Shown here in pieces: positions 1 to 12,105 of a stretch of DNA of 64,000 nucleotides. The stretch is from Scyliorhinus canicula (Eukaryota): NCBI RefSeq assembly GCF_902713615.1, contig NC_052154.1:92387030-92451029 (forward strand). Direction: 5' to 3'. The notes beneath the pieces were generated by a model that worked only from the letters and a program-made list of their open reading frames with translations, was not told the DNA's origin and did no database searches. The position numbers were made by a program, and so were the translations under genes. Each line of letters starts with the position of its first letter. Position 1 is the first letter of the stretch.

Positions 1-595
1 TGGAAGGAGTTCTTCGTGTCCTTGTGTGCGGTTAATTTTGTTGTTGATTCCGAGGCTTCAAGTTGTATTGGGCCCTGGCCTCGGACACGGTGAAGCTCGG
101 GGACCGGCCGCTTTCCCGCCGCAGACCGGACTCGCTCCGCTGATAGATGCAACGGTGAGCAGGAATGTGAGGCTCGGTGCGGAGTGGGCAAAGAATTTCC
201 TTTGTGTTGATCACATTTCCGCGATGTGGATCCGGGATCTGGGCTGAGACACGGTGCTGAAGGCAAACAGGAGTGAGTGTGCCGGGAGTGAGTCTGAACT
301 CAATGGGATAAAGGTATGAGGCAAGGATGGGGAAAAAGGAATGGGAAGTGAGACCGGAATTGGGAATCGGACCTGGGACTGGGACAAAGCTACAGTTAAG
401 TCCTGTTGCTCTGTTATTGTCACCCGGCTGGTTTAGTGCTCTGGGCTGGCCTGAGAGAGGGATAGGGCTGGAAAGGGCGCCTGCCCCTGGATACTATAGC
501 CTAGGGGAACCCATTGGATGTTCGCTCATTCATGTGTTTTTTGTGCACAGTTTCGCAAGTCGAAAATTGTTCAAATACTCTCGGACTAAATCAAC

Positions 596-1627
596 ATGGA
601 AATAGTGAAAGAAACTGAAGTGGGAGCGAATGATTATCCTGGCTCTGGAACAGCAGAGATTCCTACACCTGGAACAGCAGAGAATCCTACACCTGGATCA
701 GCAGAGATTCCTGGACCAAGCCATCAGCGATTAACCGATGAGGAAGTTGGAGGTTTTCAATGTCAGGTGTGTGGGAGTAGCTTCAGGTGGGCAAGCCGCT
801 TAAAAAGGCATGAGCGCATTCACACTGGAGAGAAACCATTTGAGTGTAACGTGTGCAATAAACGATTTTACACATCCAGTGACCTGATCCAGCACCAACG
901 CATTCATACTGGGGAGAAACCATTTGCATGCTCTGTGTGTCAAAAGCGGTTCTCCTTGTGCAGTGTATTGAAAATCCATCAACGAATTCATACAGGAGAA
1001 AAACCATTTGAATGTCAAGTGTGCAGAAAAAGATTCAGTGCATCCAGTGACCTGACTGTACATCAGAGAATTCACACCAGACAGAAACCATTCAAATGCA
1101 CTGTGTGTATAAAACAGTTCTGCACATCCAATGACCTAATAGTGCATCAACGAATTCACACTGGAGAGAAGCCATTCACCTGTGCAGTTTGTAAAATGCA
1201 GTTTTACACATCCAGTCACTTGACGGTACATCAACGAACTCACACAGGAGAGAAGTCATATGAGTGTACAGAATGTAAAAAGCGGTTTTACACATCTAGC
1301 AACTTGTTACAACACGAGAGGATTCACACTGGAGAGAAACCGTTTGAATGCTCGGTTTGTAAAAAACGATTTTGTTTAGCCAGACACCTGAAGTTGCACC
1401 AGCGAAATCACACTGGAGAGAAACCATTTCAATGTTCGGTATGTAAAAAGAGCTTCGCCCAATCCAATACGTTGTTAGTTCATCAGAGAATTCACACTGG
1501 GGAGAAACCATTCCAATGCTCTGCCTGTGCAAAGACATTTTACACATCCAGTCACTTGATGCGGCATCAACGGCTTCACACGGGAGATCGGCCGCTTTCC
1601 CGCCGCAGACCAGACTCGCTCCGCTGA
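596..1627 (+). CDS. C2H2 (Krueppel-type) zinc-finger protein, 343 aa, 10 tandem fingers; no KRAB/BTB/SCAN domain visible
   Basis: Open ORF with 10 C-x2-C-x12-H-x3-H units joined by TGEKP-type linkers. The N-terminus has ~3 copies of a 24-bp unit (GTAEIPTP-like). A splice acceptor (ttttttgtgcacag) ends at 550, and a candidate upstream donor (caacg|gtgagc) lies at 155. Confidence 0.9.
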   Translation: MEIVKETEVGANDYPGSGTAEIPTPGTAENPTPGSAEIPGPSHQRLTDEEVGGFQCQVCGSSFRWASRLKRHERIHTGEKPFECNVCNKRFYTSSDLIQHQRIHTGEKPFACSVCQKRFSLCSVLKIHQRIHTGEKPFECQVCRKRFSASSDLTVHQRIHTRQKPFKCTVCIKQFCTSNDLIVHQRIHTGEKPFTCAVCKMQFYTSSHLTVHQRTHTGEKSYECTECKKRFYTSSNLLQHERIHTGEKPFECSVCKKRFCLARHLKLHQRNHTGEKPFQCSVCKKSFAQSNTLLVHQRIHTGEKPFQCSACAKTFYTSSHLMRHQRLHTGDRPLSRRRPDSLR

Positions 1628-1630
1628 TGG

Positions 1631-2579
1631 TGTAGCCATGCTGGCCACGCAAAATGGACACTGAGCCAAACTAAAATGGAAGGCTGCTGGGAAACAGACA
1701 GTTCAGCCAGAACAGCAGTCTGCAAAGAGCAGTTTGCATTCTGCAGCAGCAGAAACCAGTTTGGGCTCAGGTGAAAAGACCTTAGCTAGGTGCAAATGGC
1801 AAAACGCTTTGCATGCTAATGAGGCCATCAGACTTGAACACCCACACAATAGATACATTTGGTTCTGAATGGACACATTCCAATCAAGACCCAGACATCG
1901 AGGCACCAGAAACCTCCGAACAAAAGGACATAAGAAACGCCCCCTCCATCACGGAGACCCCCTCGCATTGGGGAATTAATCCAGTATCGATAAGAAATTG
2001 ATCCAATAGGTAGAGCCCGCCCGGGAAGAGGGAAGGACAACGGAACCCCTATAAAAGATAGGGACCTCGTGTTGTCCGGTCTGTTAAACCCGTGCTCCGG
2101 CCCCGACTGACACCTGGTATCCTGACTCCAGCCGTTGAGCACCAGCCGCCGAAACCGTAAGTTCAACGCTCGCTACGCGATCCAAGCCCGCTAGACTCCC
2201 AAGTGCCAGAGCGCTTGCTGAAGGCTGCAGACAAAACCAGGACGAAGGCCTCGTTCTCTGACCTTGCCTGTTCCTGTTAGATAAGTATTCTGTTTGCTTA
2301 TGTTTAGTTGTAGCTTAGTCTCTTAGTGTGTGCATGAGTATTTATTATTAACTGTATAATAAATATTGATCGTTTGAACTTGACTAATCGGTGTATCGTC
2401 TTTATTACTTTGAACTTGACCTTGGAATACTTGTGACGTTGCCTATACGGCAGCTGGCGACTCCAGAGCTAAATAATTACATAGAACAGAGCCTAGCAGT
2501 GTTAAGCACACGTCGAACTCGGAGGCGTGTTAATACACTCCAATAAACGCGTTTTACGCCCATAGTAAAACGTGCAACA
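1631..2579 (+). mobile_element. Solo LTR (949 bp; ERV- or Gypsy-type)
   Basis: TG...CA termini and a 4-bp TSD ATGG (1627-1630 and 2580-2583). TATAAAA at 2050; AATAAA at 2358 and 2542. Removing it restores a sequence matching 138-180. Confidence 0.85.
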
Positions 2580-2617
2580 ATGGGTACAACGGTGAGCAAG
2601 AATGTGAGGCTCGGTGC

Positions 2618-2860
2618 AGTGTGTTCACATGTACATAGTGTAAGATGCGGTTTTTCACATCACGTGATCTGTCTGTACATCAGCGAACTCACACTGGGGA
2701 GAAAGCGTTTGAGTGCAGTGTGTAAAATACACAAGAGTCAATCTAGTTCATTGACATTTCATGAATGAATTCACGCCGGAGATGAACCATTTAAGTTTTC
2801 AGAACATTTTCACACACCCATTCATTTGATGCAACACTAGCAGATTCACACTGGAGAAAC
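2618..2860 (+). pseudogene. Degenerate continuation of the zinc-finger array
   Basis: Reads CKMRFFTSRDLSVHQRTHTGEKAFECSV, then stops and frameshifts, with further HTGE-like remnants. Confidence 0.75.
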
Positions 2861-3859
2861 TGAGAATTGTATTTTATAAGAAACTCAACTTGGTGAATGT
2901 GTGAATTCCCACTGGAAAGGTACTGTTGAATTTACTGGATTAGATTGGCTTGGATTTTTCCAACTTTTTAGTTTTCTGGTGTTCATGCTCGGTTGTGTTG
3001 CAGCAGCAAGTTTGTCTCTTGCAAATTGAAATATGTCACAAATTCTGGGAAGATGATATTGACACTGTTAGGCTATTTGATTACACACAGTCTCCTGGTA
3101 GTGAGGTGATTTTGATGCAACATCAGAAAGAATATGTAGCTGATATTGATGGAGGTTTGGATTTGTGTTCAGAACTTTGGCATAGGGAAAGTTTAGAGTT
3201 GATTTCAGGTGTGGAGCTGAATGGCAGTGTCCAAAGCTGAGTTTACGTCGTAAACTCCCACTGCTTCTGTGGAAACCATTACTTGCCTTCCCTCTGGAAA
3301 AAGCATCACCTAATGCTGGTCAGAGAGTTCAATACACAAATGGAAATTATTATTAAATAATGCGCAAGACCAACAATCCCACAAACTTCCATTTTAAATG
3401 GGCCTAACTCAAGTGATGTGTAGTGGACCATGGTCAGCATTATCATAACTGTGGTTGTGGCATCAATGAGTGGTAAGTTTCCCCCTCCTGTTTTCAGGTG
3501 TGACTGCACTGCAAGGCAAAGCTGAAAACTGAGCCTATTGATGGTGGAATTCACCTTACGTTGTCAATGCGTGATAGAGGTTCTGGCTCCATGTTGTGCC
3601 CAGTCAGATATTTATTTTTTTAGTGGGGGTTACTATCTGTGTTGTGAAGTAGCAGGATACGGTTCATTTTCCTGGAAAATGGAGACATCTTTTAGCTCCC
3701 CATCTCACCAATGTTCTGTTCCTTTGTGTTTGGGAAGATGAACATTGGAATGCCAATCTGCTCCTGCTGGATTTGCCATCCAGCTGCAGTTAAATCCATA
3801 CCCAGAACTTCCACCATAACTTGGTGGTGGTGATTGTCTCTTGATTTGAGAATGATGTC

Positions 3860-4150
3860 TACTTGAGGTTGTGAGTTTCTGCCATGGGTCTTCATGTGAG
3901 TGAACATGCTGATTCTCAGCTTGCAGGTCTTTGCGCACATTGGGCTGAATATCCCAAGAGATACTGGAGTCTAGACTGCAGAATGTGCTTTTTCTTTCCT
4001 TCTTTGCCACTGTTCGGCCTCATCACAAAAGCATTTGGACTCAAAGCATCATGTAGAAGTTGTCACCATTTTCAGTAATTGATAGCAAGCTCCTCCCCTC
4101 CTCCCAATCATTAATGTCAATTCTGCTGCACTTTTCAAGGAGAACTTGCG
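3860..4150 (-). mobile_element. Degraded RTE-like LINE 3' end
   Basis: Minus-strand CAKTCKLRISMFTHMKTH resembles the C-terminal CCHH motif of RTE-clade ORF2 (recalled). Confidence 0.45.
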
Positions 4151-5212
4151 AGAGTCTTTGTACTGTTTTCTTTGTCCTTTGGCTCTGTCTATATATATGT
4201 TTCTGGAACCCACCTCTTCATTCACCTGAGGAAGGAGCAGTGCTCCGAAAGCTAGTGATTTGAAACAAACCTGTTGGACTTTAACCTGGTATTGTAAGAC
4301 TTCTTACTGTGCTCACCCCAGTCCAACGCCGGCATCTCCACATTTTAAAAGTAGTTGACTTTGCATGGATTTTGTTCATGGAACTTCCTTCAAGAGGGAC
4401 ACTAGCATTTATTTGTTGGTACTTCCATTGTACCTGGAGAATGCGGTGAAGAATGCTGGTGGAATTGTCCAGCGCTGATACACAGTCAAAGTCTCATTGT
4501 GCTGGTTACAACTGCTCTGTACACAAAATAACTTTGTTGACTTTCTGAGATCTACTGCCTCTGGTGTGAATATTAAATACTGACAAGAAGGAAAATTCTT
4601 TAACCTCAGTTCCTTTGTGCCAAACGAAACTGACCTTCATAAACACACATGATTAACAGTTTCTGGGTGACTGCAGTGTCATTGCACAGTGTACCAGATG
4701 CAAGCCACTCTCAATTTCTTCAATTCTGCCAACTAGATGTTTGGCCTGTCCTTGAAAGTTGCCAAGTAAAAACTCATAAATCGCACACGTGGACAGAAAA
4801 GTATTCGGCCTTCATGTATACTGAAGGAGAGACTCTGAAGGAGAGTTTCAGCTCTTCCAACTCAGCTTTCTGTGAACTACAGTGGTGAATGATTGACAAG
4901 AAATCTTAATATTACAACAGTGACCCAGAGTTGCATTTCACCAATCAGTTGTTTATTGTACATACTTTGATTTCCAAATTTAAAAAAAAGGAGTCAATAA
5001 AATTGATATTGGAAATTATCATTTTTTGTTCTCTTTGTTGTTAGGTTTTATTTAAATATTCCTGCTAAATGGGAAGAGGTGATTGAATTTGCTTTTTCAG
5101 ACAGGACTGGTTCTCAGTGACCCCGAGTCAGCAGCAGTGGGGAATGAATTTGGCGTGGTAGCTGAGTTAATGTAGCCCTGGATGTTTGGTGTTCTGTTAT
5201 TAGATTACCCAA

Positions 5213-5410
5213 TTATTTTTTCCAATTAAGGGGCAATTTAGCGTGTCCAATCCACCTACTCTGCACATTTTTGGGTTGTGGGGGCAAAACCCACGCAGAC
5301 ACGGGGAGAATGTGCAAATTCCACACGGACAGTGACCCAGAGCCGGGATCGAACCTGGGACCTCAGCGCCGTGAGGCGGTTGTGCTAACCACTAGGCCAC
5401 CGTGCTGCCC
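5213..5410 (-). mobile_element. HE1/V-SINE-like tRNA-derived SINE
   Basis: Reverse GGGCAGCACGGTGGC...GGTTCGATCCC A/B-box head plus the conserved TTCTCCCCGTGTCTGCGTGGGTTT core. Confidence 0.85.
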
Positions 5411-5469
5411 TTGGTGTTCTGTTATAAGGCTGAAAGCATTTGTCCTCAGCATCTCTTCGGAATTCTCGA

Positions 5470-5650
5470 GCGGTACGGTGGTGCAGTAGTTAGCACTGCT
5501 ACCTCACGGCGTCGAGGACCCGGGTTTATCCCATTCCCGGGTCACTGTCTGTGTAAAGTTTCCACATTCTCCCCGTGTTTGTATGGGTCTCACCACCACA
5601 ACGCAAAGATGTGCAGGGTAGGTGGATTGGCCATGCTAAATTGCCCCTTG
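5470..5650 (+). mobile_element. HE1/V-SINE-like SINE
   Basis: Same head and core; lies head-to-head with the previous copy. Confidence 0.8.
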
Positions 5651-5944
5651 AGTGGGAGAAAAATTTACTAATCTCTTCGGAATTAGCACCTCTACTCAAA
5701 CATAACTTCTTTTATTCATATCACCTAGTTATTTTTTTATCAAGGTAAGTGTCTTAATCTGTTTAGTTGCCAAAGATTTGCATAAGCAAACCTGAAGAAG
5801 ACAAAAAAACATTGACCTGAAATAAGCAGATTCCAAATGTCCACAGGGAATGTTAAAAATTCCCAAACCACAGTTTGCAAGGCAGTAATGAATTCAGACA
5901 ATCTGCAGGATTATCTGAAATGAGAAACATCTAAAAACAGGAGC

Positions 5945-6500
5945 AGAGACATAGAATTACGACAACAGAGAAGGAGGTTATTTGGTCCTTCAAGTCTGTC
6001 CCTACTCCCCGCAAGAGCAAGTCAGCTCGTCCCACTCCCCTGCCTTTTCCTCATAGCCCTGCTATTTCTTTCTCTTCATATAGTTTTCCAATACCCTTTT
6101 CAAAGCCATGCCTGAATCTTCCTCAACCATATTCTCAGGCAGTGCACTCCAGATTTTAATCAAGGTTAAAAAAGATTCTTCCTCGTGTCATCTTGGTTCT
6201 TTTGCCGCTCACATTAAATAGGAAGCCTCTAGTTCTGATTGCTGCCAGTGAGAAGTTTCTCCCTACCTACAGCATTCAGACCATTCATGACTTTGACACC
6301 TCCAACAAATCTGCTCTCAGCCTTTGTGCTCAAAGGAGAACAGCCTGAGTTTCTCCAATCAATCTACATAACTGAGGTCCCTCAATCCCACAACCGCTTT
6401 TCTGAATCTTTTCTTCAATCCTCTACCAATGCTTTCACATCCTAAAGTGCCAGTCCTGGAATTGGACACAATAGTCCAGATAAGGTCAATGTGTTTTATA
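5945..6500 (-). mobile_element. Degraded CR1 LINE 3' fragment
   Basis: Diverged similarity to the CR1 3' ends seen elsewhere in the window. Confidence 0.55.
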
Positions 6501-6639
6501 AAGGTTCATTATACATTGCTTGCTTTTGTACTCCAGGGGCTGGATTCTCCATTTTTGGGACTATGTCCCCACACCGTCGTGAAAACTGTGATCTTTTGTG
6601 CCAGGAAAACTGGCGTCAAAAGGCCACAGTTTCACTGTC

Positions 6640-6925
6640 TTGCAGGGGGCTAGCAGGCATCTGTCGTGGAGCTCGCAGCTCTAGCTGCCGATACGGCACC
6701 CTGCACTTCCGGGTTAAAGGCGCACGGTGGCGGCCTCCAGCAGCTGTGCCATACTCCATGGCAGACTCAGCCCGCGGACGACGAACGCCGAAATAGTGCC
6801 CCGCATCGGTCGCTCGCCCGTCACGGACCACCCGCGCACATAGCCTCCAGTCCCGAATGAAGCCCCCCTTGCCCTCCGATCAGCCCTCCCCCGACTGTGG
6901 CGACCCCGGACTGAGTCTTTTTACA
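6640..6925. mobile_element. GC-rich MITE-like fragment
   Basis: Shares gcagctc(c/t)agctgccgatac with the 10246-10930 element. Confidence 0.5.
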
Positions 6926-7261
6926 GGCGATATGGAATGTAGATTTTTTTTCTGAACACAATGCACATCGTTATCATATATATGATGCATTGCCATGAAC
7001 AATGATCAGAGGCATTTCACAAATGGAAACAATTAGATCTCCAAGGGTTTTTGAGAATGGTCAAGATTGAAGCAGTGAGATCTGGGGCTGTGCTGATTGT
7101 AGGGGTCAGACTGGGAGATTGCAGTCCAACTGGGCTATCACAACGTAATTTTGAAAAATGAATTGTAGGTGTTGCTCAGTAACATGTTGCAACTTCAGAG
7201 GCCGGTGGAGTTTGTTGGTCAGAAAGACCCCAGTCGTCTCCAGTGGTGACATTGGAAATGA

Positions 7262-7415
7262 GGGCGGCACAGTAGCACAGTGGTTAGCACCTTTGCTTCA
7301 CAGCGCCAGGGTGCCAGGTTCGATTCCCGGCTTGCATCACTGTCTGTGTGGAGTCTGCATGTTCACACCATGTCTGCGTGGGTTTCCTCCGGGTGTACCG
7401 ATTTCCTCCCACATG
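7262..7415 (+). mobile_element. HE1/V-SINE-like SINE (partial)
   Basis: gggcggcacagtagcacagtggttagcac...ggttcgattccc head and core. Confidence 0.8.
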
Positions 7416-7469
7416 TTCTTTTGTGGTGTTATTGACCAATCACCGCAGCGAAGCTTTTTTTTATTTTGC

Positions 7470-7863
7470 TATAGGATATGACCGTCATTGGCAAGGCCAG
7501 CATTTGTTCCCTTAACTAATTGCCTCTAACTGCCAGGCCAATTTTGAAGGCAGTTACACCCTTATTAAATTTTCACCGGTCTTGAGTCACATGTAGGCGA
7601 GACCAGATATGGAACGCACATTTCCTTCCCAATAAGGACATTATTGAACCACACAGGTTTTAATGACAATCGATAATAGTTTCATGGTACCATTACGAAG
7701 AATAGCTTCCAATTCCAGATGTTGTATTAATCAATTGAATTTTTTGCTAATTGTATTTGAATTCTACCAGCTGCAAAGGTGCATTTCAAACCCATGTCAC
7801 CAGGGTAATAGCTTGGTCCTTTAGATTATTCATCCAATCACATTACCAGCACACCATCTCCCA
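7470..7863 (-). mobile_element. Second tRNA-derived SINE family (MetaSINE-like middle domain, name tentative)
   Basis: Homologous along its length to 63655-63982. Confidence 0.65.
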
Positions 7864-8429
7864 TATGATACAATCAGAGGATTTAGAATTAAACATGGGC
7901 AGTTAATCGTGAGCTCTGGGTCAGCTGTGGATCAGTTGGCAGCAGTCGCACCTCTGAATCTGTGATTCATGTGTGTAAAGGTCTGTTACAGTTGGGCTAG
8001 ACATCACTGAAGACTGTCCCATTGTCACTTCATCTGGAAAATGCTGTATTTCACCCACACTGATCAATGAACCCCTAAATGTTTGTGGCTCCAAACGCTC
8101 TGCATCAAGAACTGATTTGTGCAGTCCATAATATACCTTCAGCTGGTCGTCTAAATTTACAAGATTCTCCTGTGCATCTCAAAACTGAGACAAGGTAGAC
8201 TCAGTCAAGGACCACTTTGACAATTGTCTCTCCTGGACACAGTAATCCTCCCTTCTGAAGGGAAACAGCTTTATTCCTTAGTCAATCTCCGATTGGACCT
8301 TGGGAACCATTGCAGACGAGCTACAAAGGAAAATTGCCTCCAGTGGTATGGTCAAATAAATATTTTTTGCTGTCAAACCTTTCATGAAATATGTGAAAGT
8401 TATTCCTCACAGTACTTCAAATCTTTCAT

Positions 8430-8735
8430 GAAGGATCTCACAGAAATTTACAAAACCCTTAACGGGATTAGGTAGGATAGATTCAGAAAGAATGTTCCCG
8501 ATGGTGTGGTGGTCCAGAACTAGGGTGCCATGGTTCGAGGATAAGGGACCTTTTAGGACTGAGGTGAGGAGAAATGTCTTCACCCAGAGAGTAGTGAATC
8601 TGTGGAATTTACTTCCACAGAAAGTAGATGAAGCAAAAATGTTGTGTAATTTCAAGAGGAATTAGATGTAGCTTTTGGGGCTAAAGAGATATGGAGGCAG
8701 GAGGGATCAGGGTATTGAACTTGATCAGCCATTAT
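8430..8735 (+). mobile_element. CR1 LINE 3' fragment
   Basis: ttcacccagagagtagtgaatctgtggaatt (FFTQRVVNLWN-like) plus 3' UTR. Confidence 0.75.
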
Positions 8736-8744
8736 CTTTTTGTT

Positions 8745-8934
8745 TAAATGTTTCCAATTAAGGGGCAATTTAGTGTGGCCAATCCACTTACCCTGCACAT
8801 CTTTGGGTTGTGGGGGTGAGACCCATGCAGACACGGGGAGAATGTGCAAACTCCACACGGGCAGTGACCCGGGGCCGGGATCGAACCCGGATCCATGGCA
8901 CCGTGAAGCAGCAGCGCAAACCACCATGCCACCC
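8745..8934 (-). mobile_element. HE1/V-SINE-like SINE
   Basis: Reverse head and core. Confidence 0.85.
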
Positions 8935-9154
8935 AATTAGCTATTATCATAATTAATGGTGGGGCAGGCTCAGAGGGTTGGATGACATCCTTCTGCTTCT
9001 ATTTTCTATGTGTGTTTCTAAGTGGCCAAAGTTACTCCTCACAGTACTTCATTAACGATTGCAAAAATATTGTTGAACAATTCTTTCGTGTTTCGATATG
9101 TCACAGGTGATAGACCAAGGCAATTGAGCAGAATACAAAGATCAGGCAACAAAA

Positions 9155-9620
9155 AAAATAATAATTAATAATCGGTATTACTTTCACAAGTAGGCTTACA
9201 TTAACACTACAGTGAAGTTACTGTGAAAAGCATGTAGTCGCCACACTCAGGCACCGGTTTGGGTACACAGAGGGAGAATTCAGAATGTCCAATTCACCTC
9301 ACAATAATAATAATAATCACTCGTCACAAGTAGGCGTCAATGAAGTTACTGTGAAAAGCCCCTAGACGCCACATTCCGGTGCCTGTTCGGGGAGCCGGTC
9401 CGGGAATTGAACCCGCGCTGCTGGCCCTATTCTGCATTACAAGCCAGCCCCTTTAAAGCACATCTTTGGGGACTTGTGAAAGGAAACCGCAGCACCCGGG
9501 GGAAACACAAGCAGACACGGGGAGAACGTGCAGACTCCACACAGTTACCCAAGCGGGAATCGAACCTGGGACCCTGGCACTGTGAAGCAACTGGGCTAAC
9601 CACTGCAACCTTGCCGCCCT
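9155..9620 (-). mobile_element. Cluster of SINE pieces: (ATT)n-tailed SINE tails plus an HE1-type head
   Basis: Two copies of the tail tcacaagtaggc...gttactgtgaaaagc...gccaca next to AATAAT microsatellites; HE1-type head at 9465-9620. Confidence 0.7.
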
Positions 9621-10245
9621 ACCATGATATTGAGTGTAAGCCAAAATAATTCACATTCTGTAATGGGCACAGGAGTCAGGAAAGGTGAGAGAGAGAAAGT
9701 AGCACTGTTAAAACCATTTTGGGTGAGGAGATTACAGATATCAGGAAAAAATGATGATTGAAAGGTATCCCTGATCAAAGTTGTAATCTGGGCTGGGTGA
9801 ATGTCGCCTCAAGTATAGGGATATAACACCTTTTGAGGCAGTGGCAGGCAGAATAATATGGCTCCAGGTGTACAACCAGGACACAACTATGGGAGACAGT
9901 GTTGATTACACAGTGGCTGCAGTACATGTTGAGGAAATACACAGTCAGGTACCAGGTGTGAGTGATCAGATTCTGGCTAAAATAGAGGTGTATTTTAATA
10001 AGGGTGTTTTTTTTCTTGTTCATTCAGAGAATGTGAGATTCGCTGGCTAGGCCAGTGTTCACTGCCCATTCCTGATTGTCCTGGAAAGTAGAAAATCATG
10101 CAGTGGTTTCTTTTCCCAACCAAAATGGGAGGGCCTCAGTGTTATTGTACATGTGCGACCACCCCCCCCATCCTATTCCGCTCCCCCATGGCCACCTCTC
10201 TCCCCCTCCCAACACCACCCCCCCCCCCGCCGAGCGAAACACCTT

Positions 10246-10930
10246 GGGCGGGATTCTCCGATCCTGGGGCTAAGTGTTGACGCCGTCGTAAACGCCGGAG
10301 CCTTTTACGACGGAGTCATCTGGCTCCTAGGAGCAGCGATCCTGCACCGCACAGAGGGCCAGCATGGCACTGGAGCGTCTCACGCAGCTCCAGCTGCCGA
10401 TACAGGCACCAGCACGGGCGGCGCGAGTCTGCGCCACGGCCGGCGCAAGTCCGTGCATGCGCGTGGGTTGCCTTCTCTGCGCCGGCCCCCAGGCAACATA
10501 GCGGAGCCCTACAGGGGCCCAGCGCGGAGGAACAAAGGCCCTCCCCGGGATTAGCCTACCCGCGATTGGCCGATCGCGTCCAGGCCAAAGTGGAGGCCCC
10601 CCCAGAGTCGAATCCCCCCTCCCCCACACCAGGATGGCCCCCGCAGCATGAACGGCGTGTATCCGCCGTGTAGGATCACCCGCGGACGACGGCGGCGGGA
10701 CTCGGCCGAACTTGGTGGGTACTTGGCCCAACGAGTGCAGAGAATCATCGGGGAGCCTGACCGGCGCCGCGGCGACCGAGTTGGCTCCAATGGCGCCGAT
10801 TCTCCGGTCGCCGGAAAATCGGCGGAACGGCGTCGCGAGAGTCACGCCCCCCCCCCCCCCCCCCTCCCTCCACCCCCCCCCCCCCCCCCAGTGATTCTCC
10901 GACCCAGCACGGGGTTGGAGAATCTAGCCC
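10246..10930. mobile_element. Harbinger/PIF-like MITE
   Basis: Imperfect TIRs (gggcgggattctccga / ttggagaatctagccc) and a 3-bp TSD CTT. CpG-rich, non-coding interior with poly-C tracts. Confidence 0.7.
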
Positions 10931-11749
10931 CTTCATCTTGTGCTGCTAGAGAATGGCAGGTCAGTCACTGATAAGATGGCATCACAGGATACAGGTAAAA
11001 GTATTTTAGGTTATCTAGACTAAACTCAGCAGGTGCTCTCGTGGCTGAAGGTTTTTCTTTTAGTCTCTTTCAGACAGTTATGAGAATATTCTTGTCCTCA
11101 GAGCATCTGGATATTATAGAATCAGAGTCTCAATCATTATCACAGGACAGAAGGAGGCATTCGGCCCATCAAGTCTGCACCTGCTCTTTCAAAGAGCGAT
11201 CCAGTTTGTTCCCTTGCGCTTTCCCCATATCCCTACAATTTTGGTTTCTCTCAAATCCTTATTCAACTTGTCTTTTGAAGGCTATTAGTGAATCTGCATT
11301 CACCATCCTACCAGGCATTACACTCAAAATCCTGGCCGCACTTGTTGATGATTCTTTTGCAAACATGCTTAAATCTGTGCGCACTGGTTACGTTTCTCAC
11401 CATTGGAGGTAATTGATCTTCATTTACTTTGTCTAAACCATTCATAGTTTCAAACATTCAGTTAAATTGTCTCTTTGCCTTCCCTGCTAAGGAGAACAAC
11501 CACAGGATTTTCTGCCTACTTCGGATTGTCCCATGCTCTTCTCAGTCACTAATCTAAACTGTATGCTACAATTATCACTCTTACCCAAATGTTTCCCCAC
11601 AGACCGACTTGGTCCACCTCATTTTACAGCAGTAGATCCAGCAATGCTTCCTTCCAAATGGGACCAGATGGATTCTGCCTTTGCCTTTTGGACTTCTGGA
11701 CAATATGAAGATTTCAGTATGGTGCCTGGAACTCGCTGCTGGAGGTGGT

Positions 11750-11915
11750 GGCAGCAGGTAGGATCGTGACATTTAAGGGGCGTCTTGACAAATACAAGAA
11801 TAGGATGGGAACAGAAGGACACGGACCCTGGAAGTGTGGAAGGGTTTAGGTTAGATGGGCAGCATGGTCGGTGCAGGCTTGGAGGGCCGAAGGGTCTCGT
11901 TCCTGTGCTGTACTT
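11750..11915 (+). mobile_element. CR1 LINE 3' end
   Basis: 3' UTR gggccgaagggtctcgttcctgtgctgtac like other copies. Confidence 0.7.
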
Positions 11916-12105
11916 TTCATTGATATATTCTAGAACTCATCCTGGACATAGTGAGCACAGGCCAGGTGCTGCATTCCCGACAGCCAGTTGGTGAAGGAGG
12001 AGACCAGAAGTCATCTTCATTCTGTTTTGCATTTGTTCATAAAGCAAAATCTTACAATATAGCTTCTGAATCTACAACCCAACAGCAGAGTCGTGTGTCT
12101 TTATT

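Noticed and set aside
10098-10971. Overlapping Pro/Arg/Gly-rich ORFs
   Set aside because: By-products of GC-rich MITE sequence and poly-C tracts; no domain motifs.
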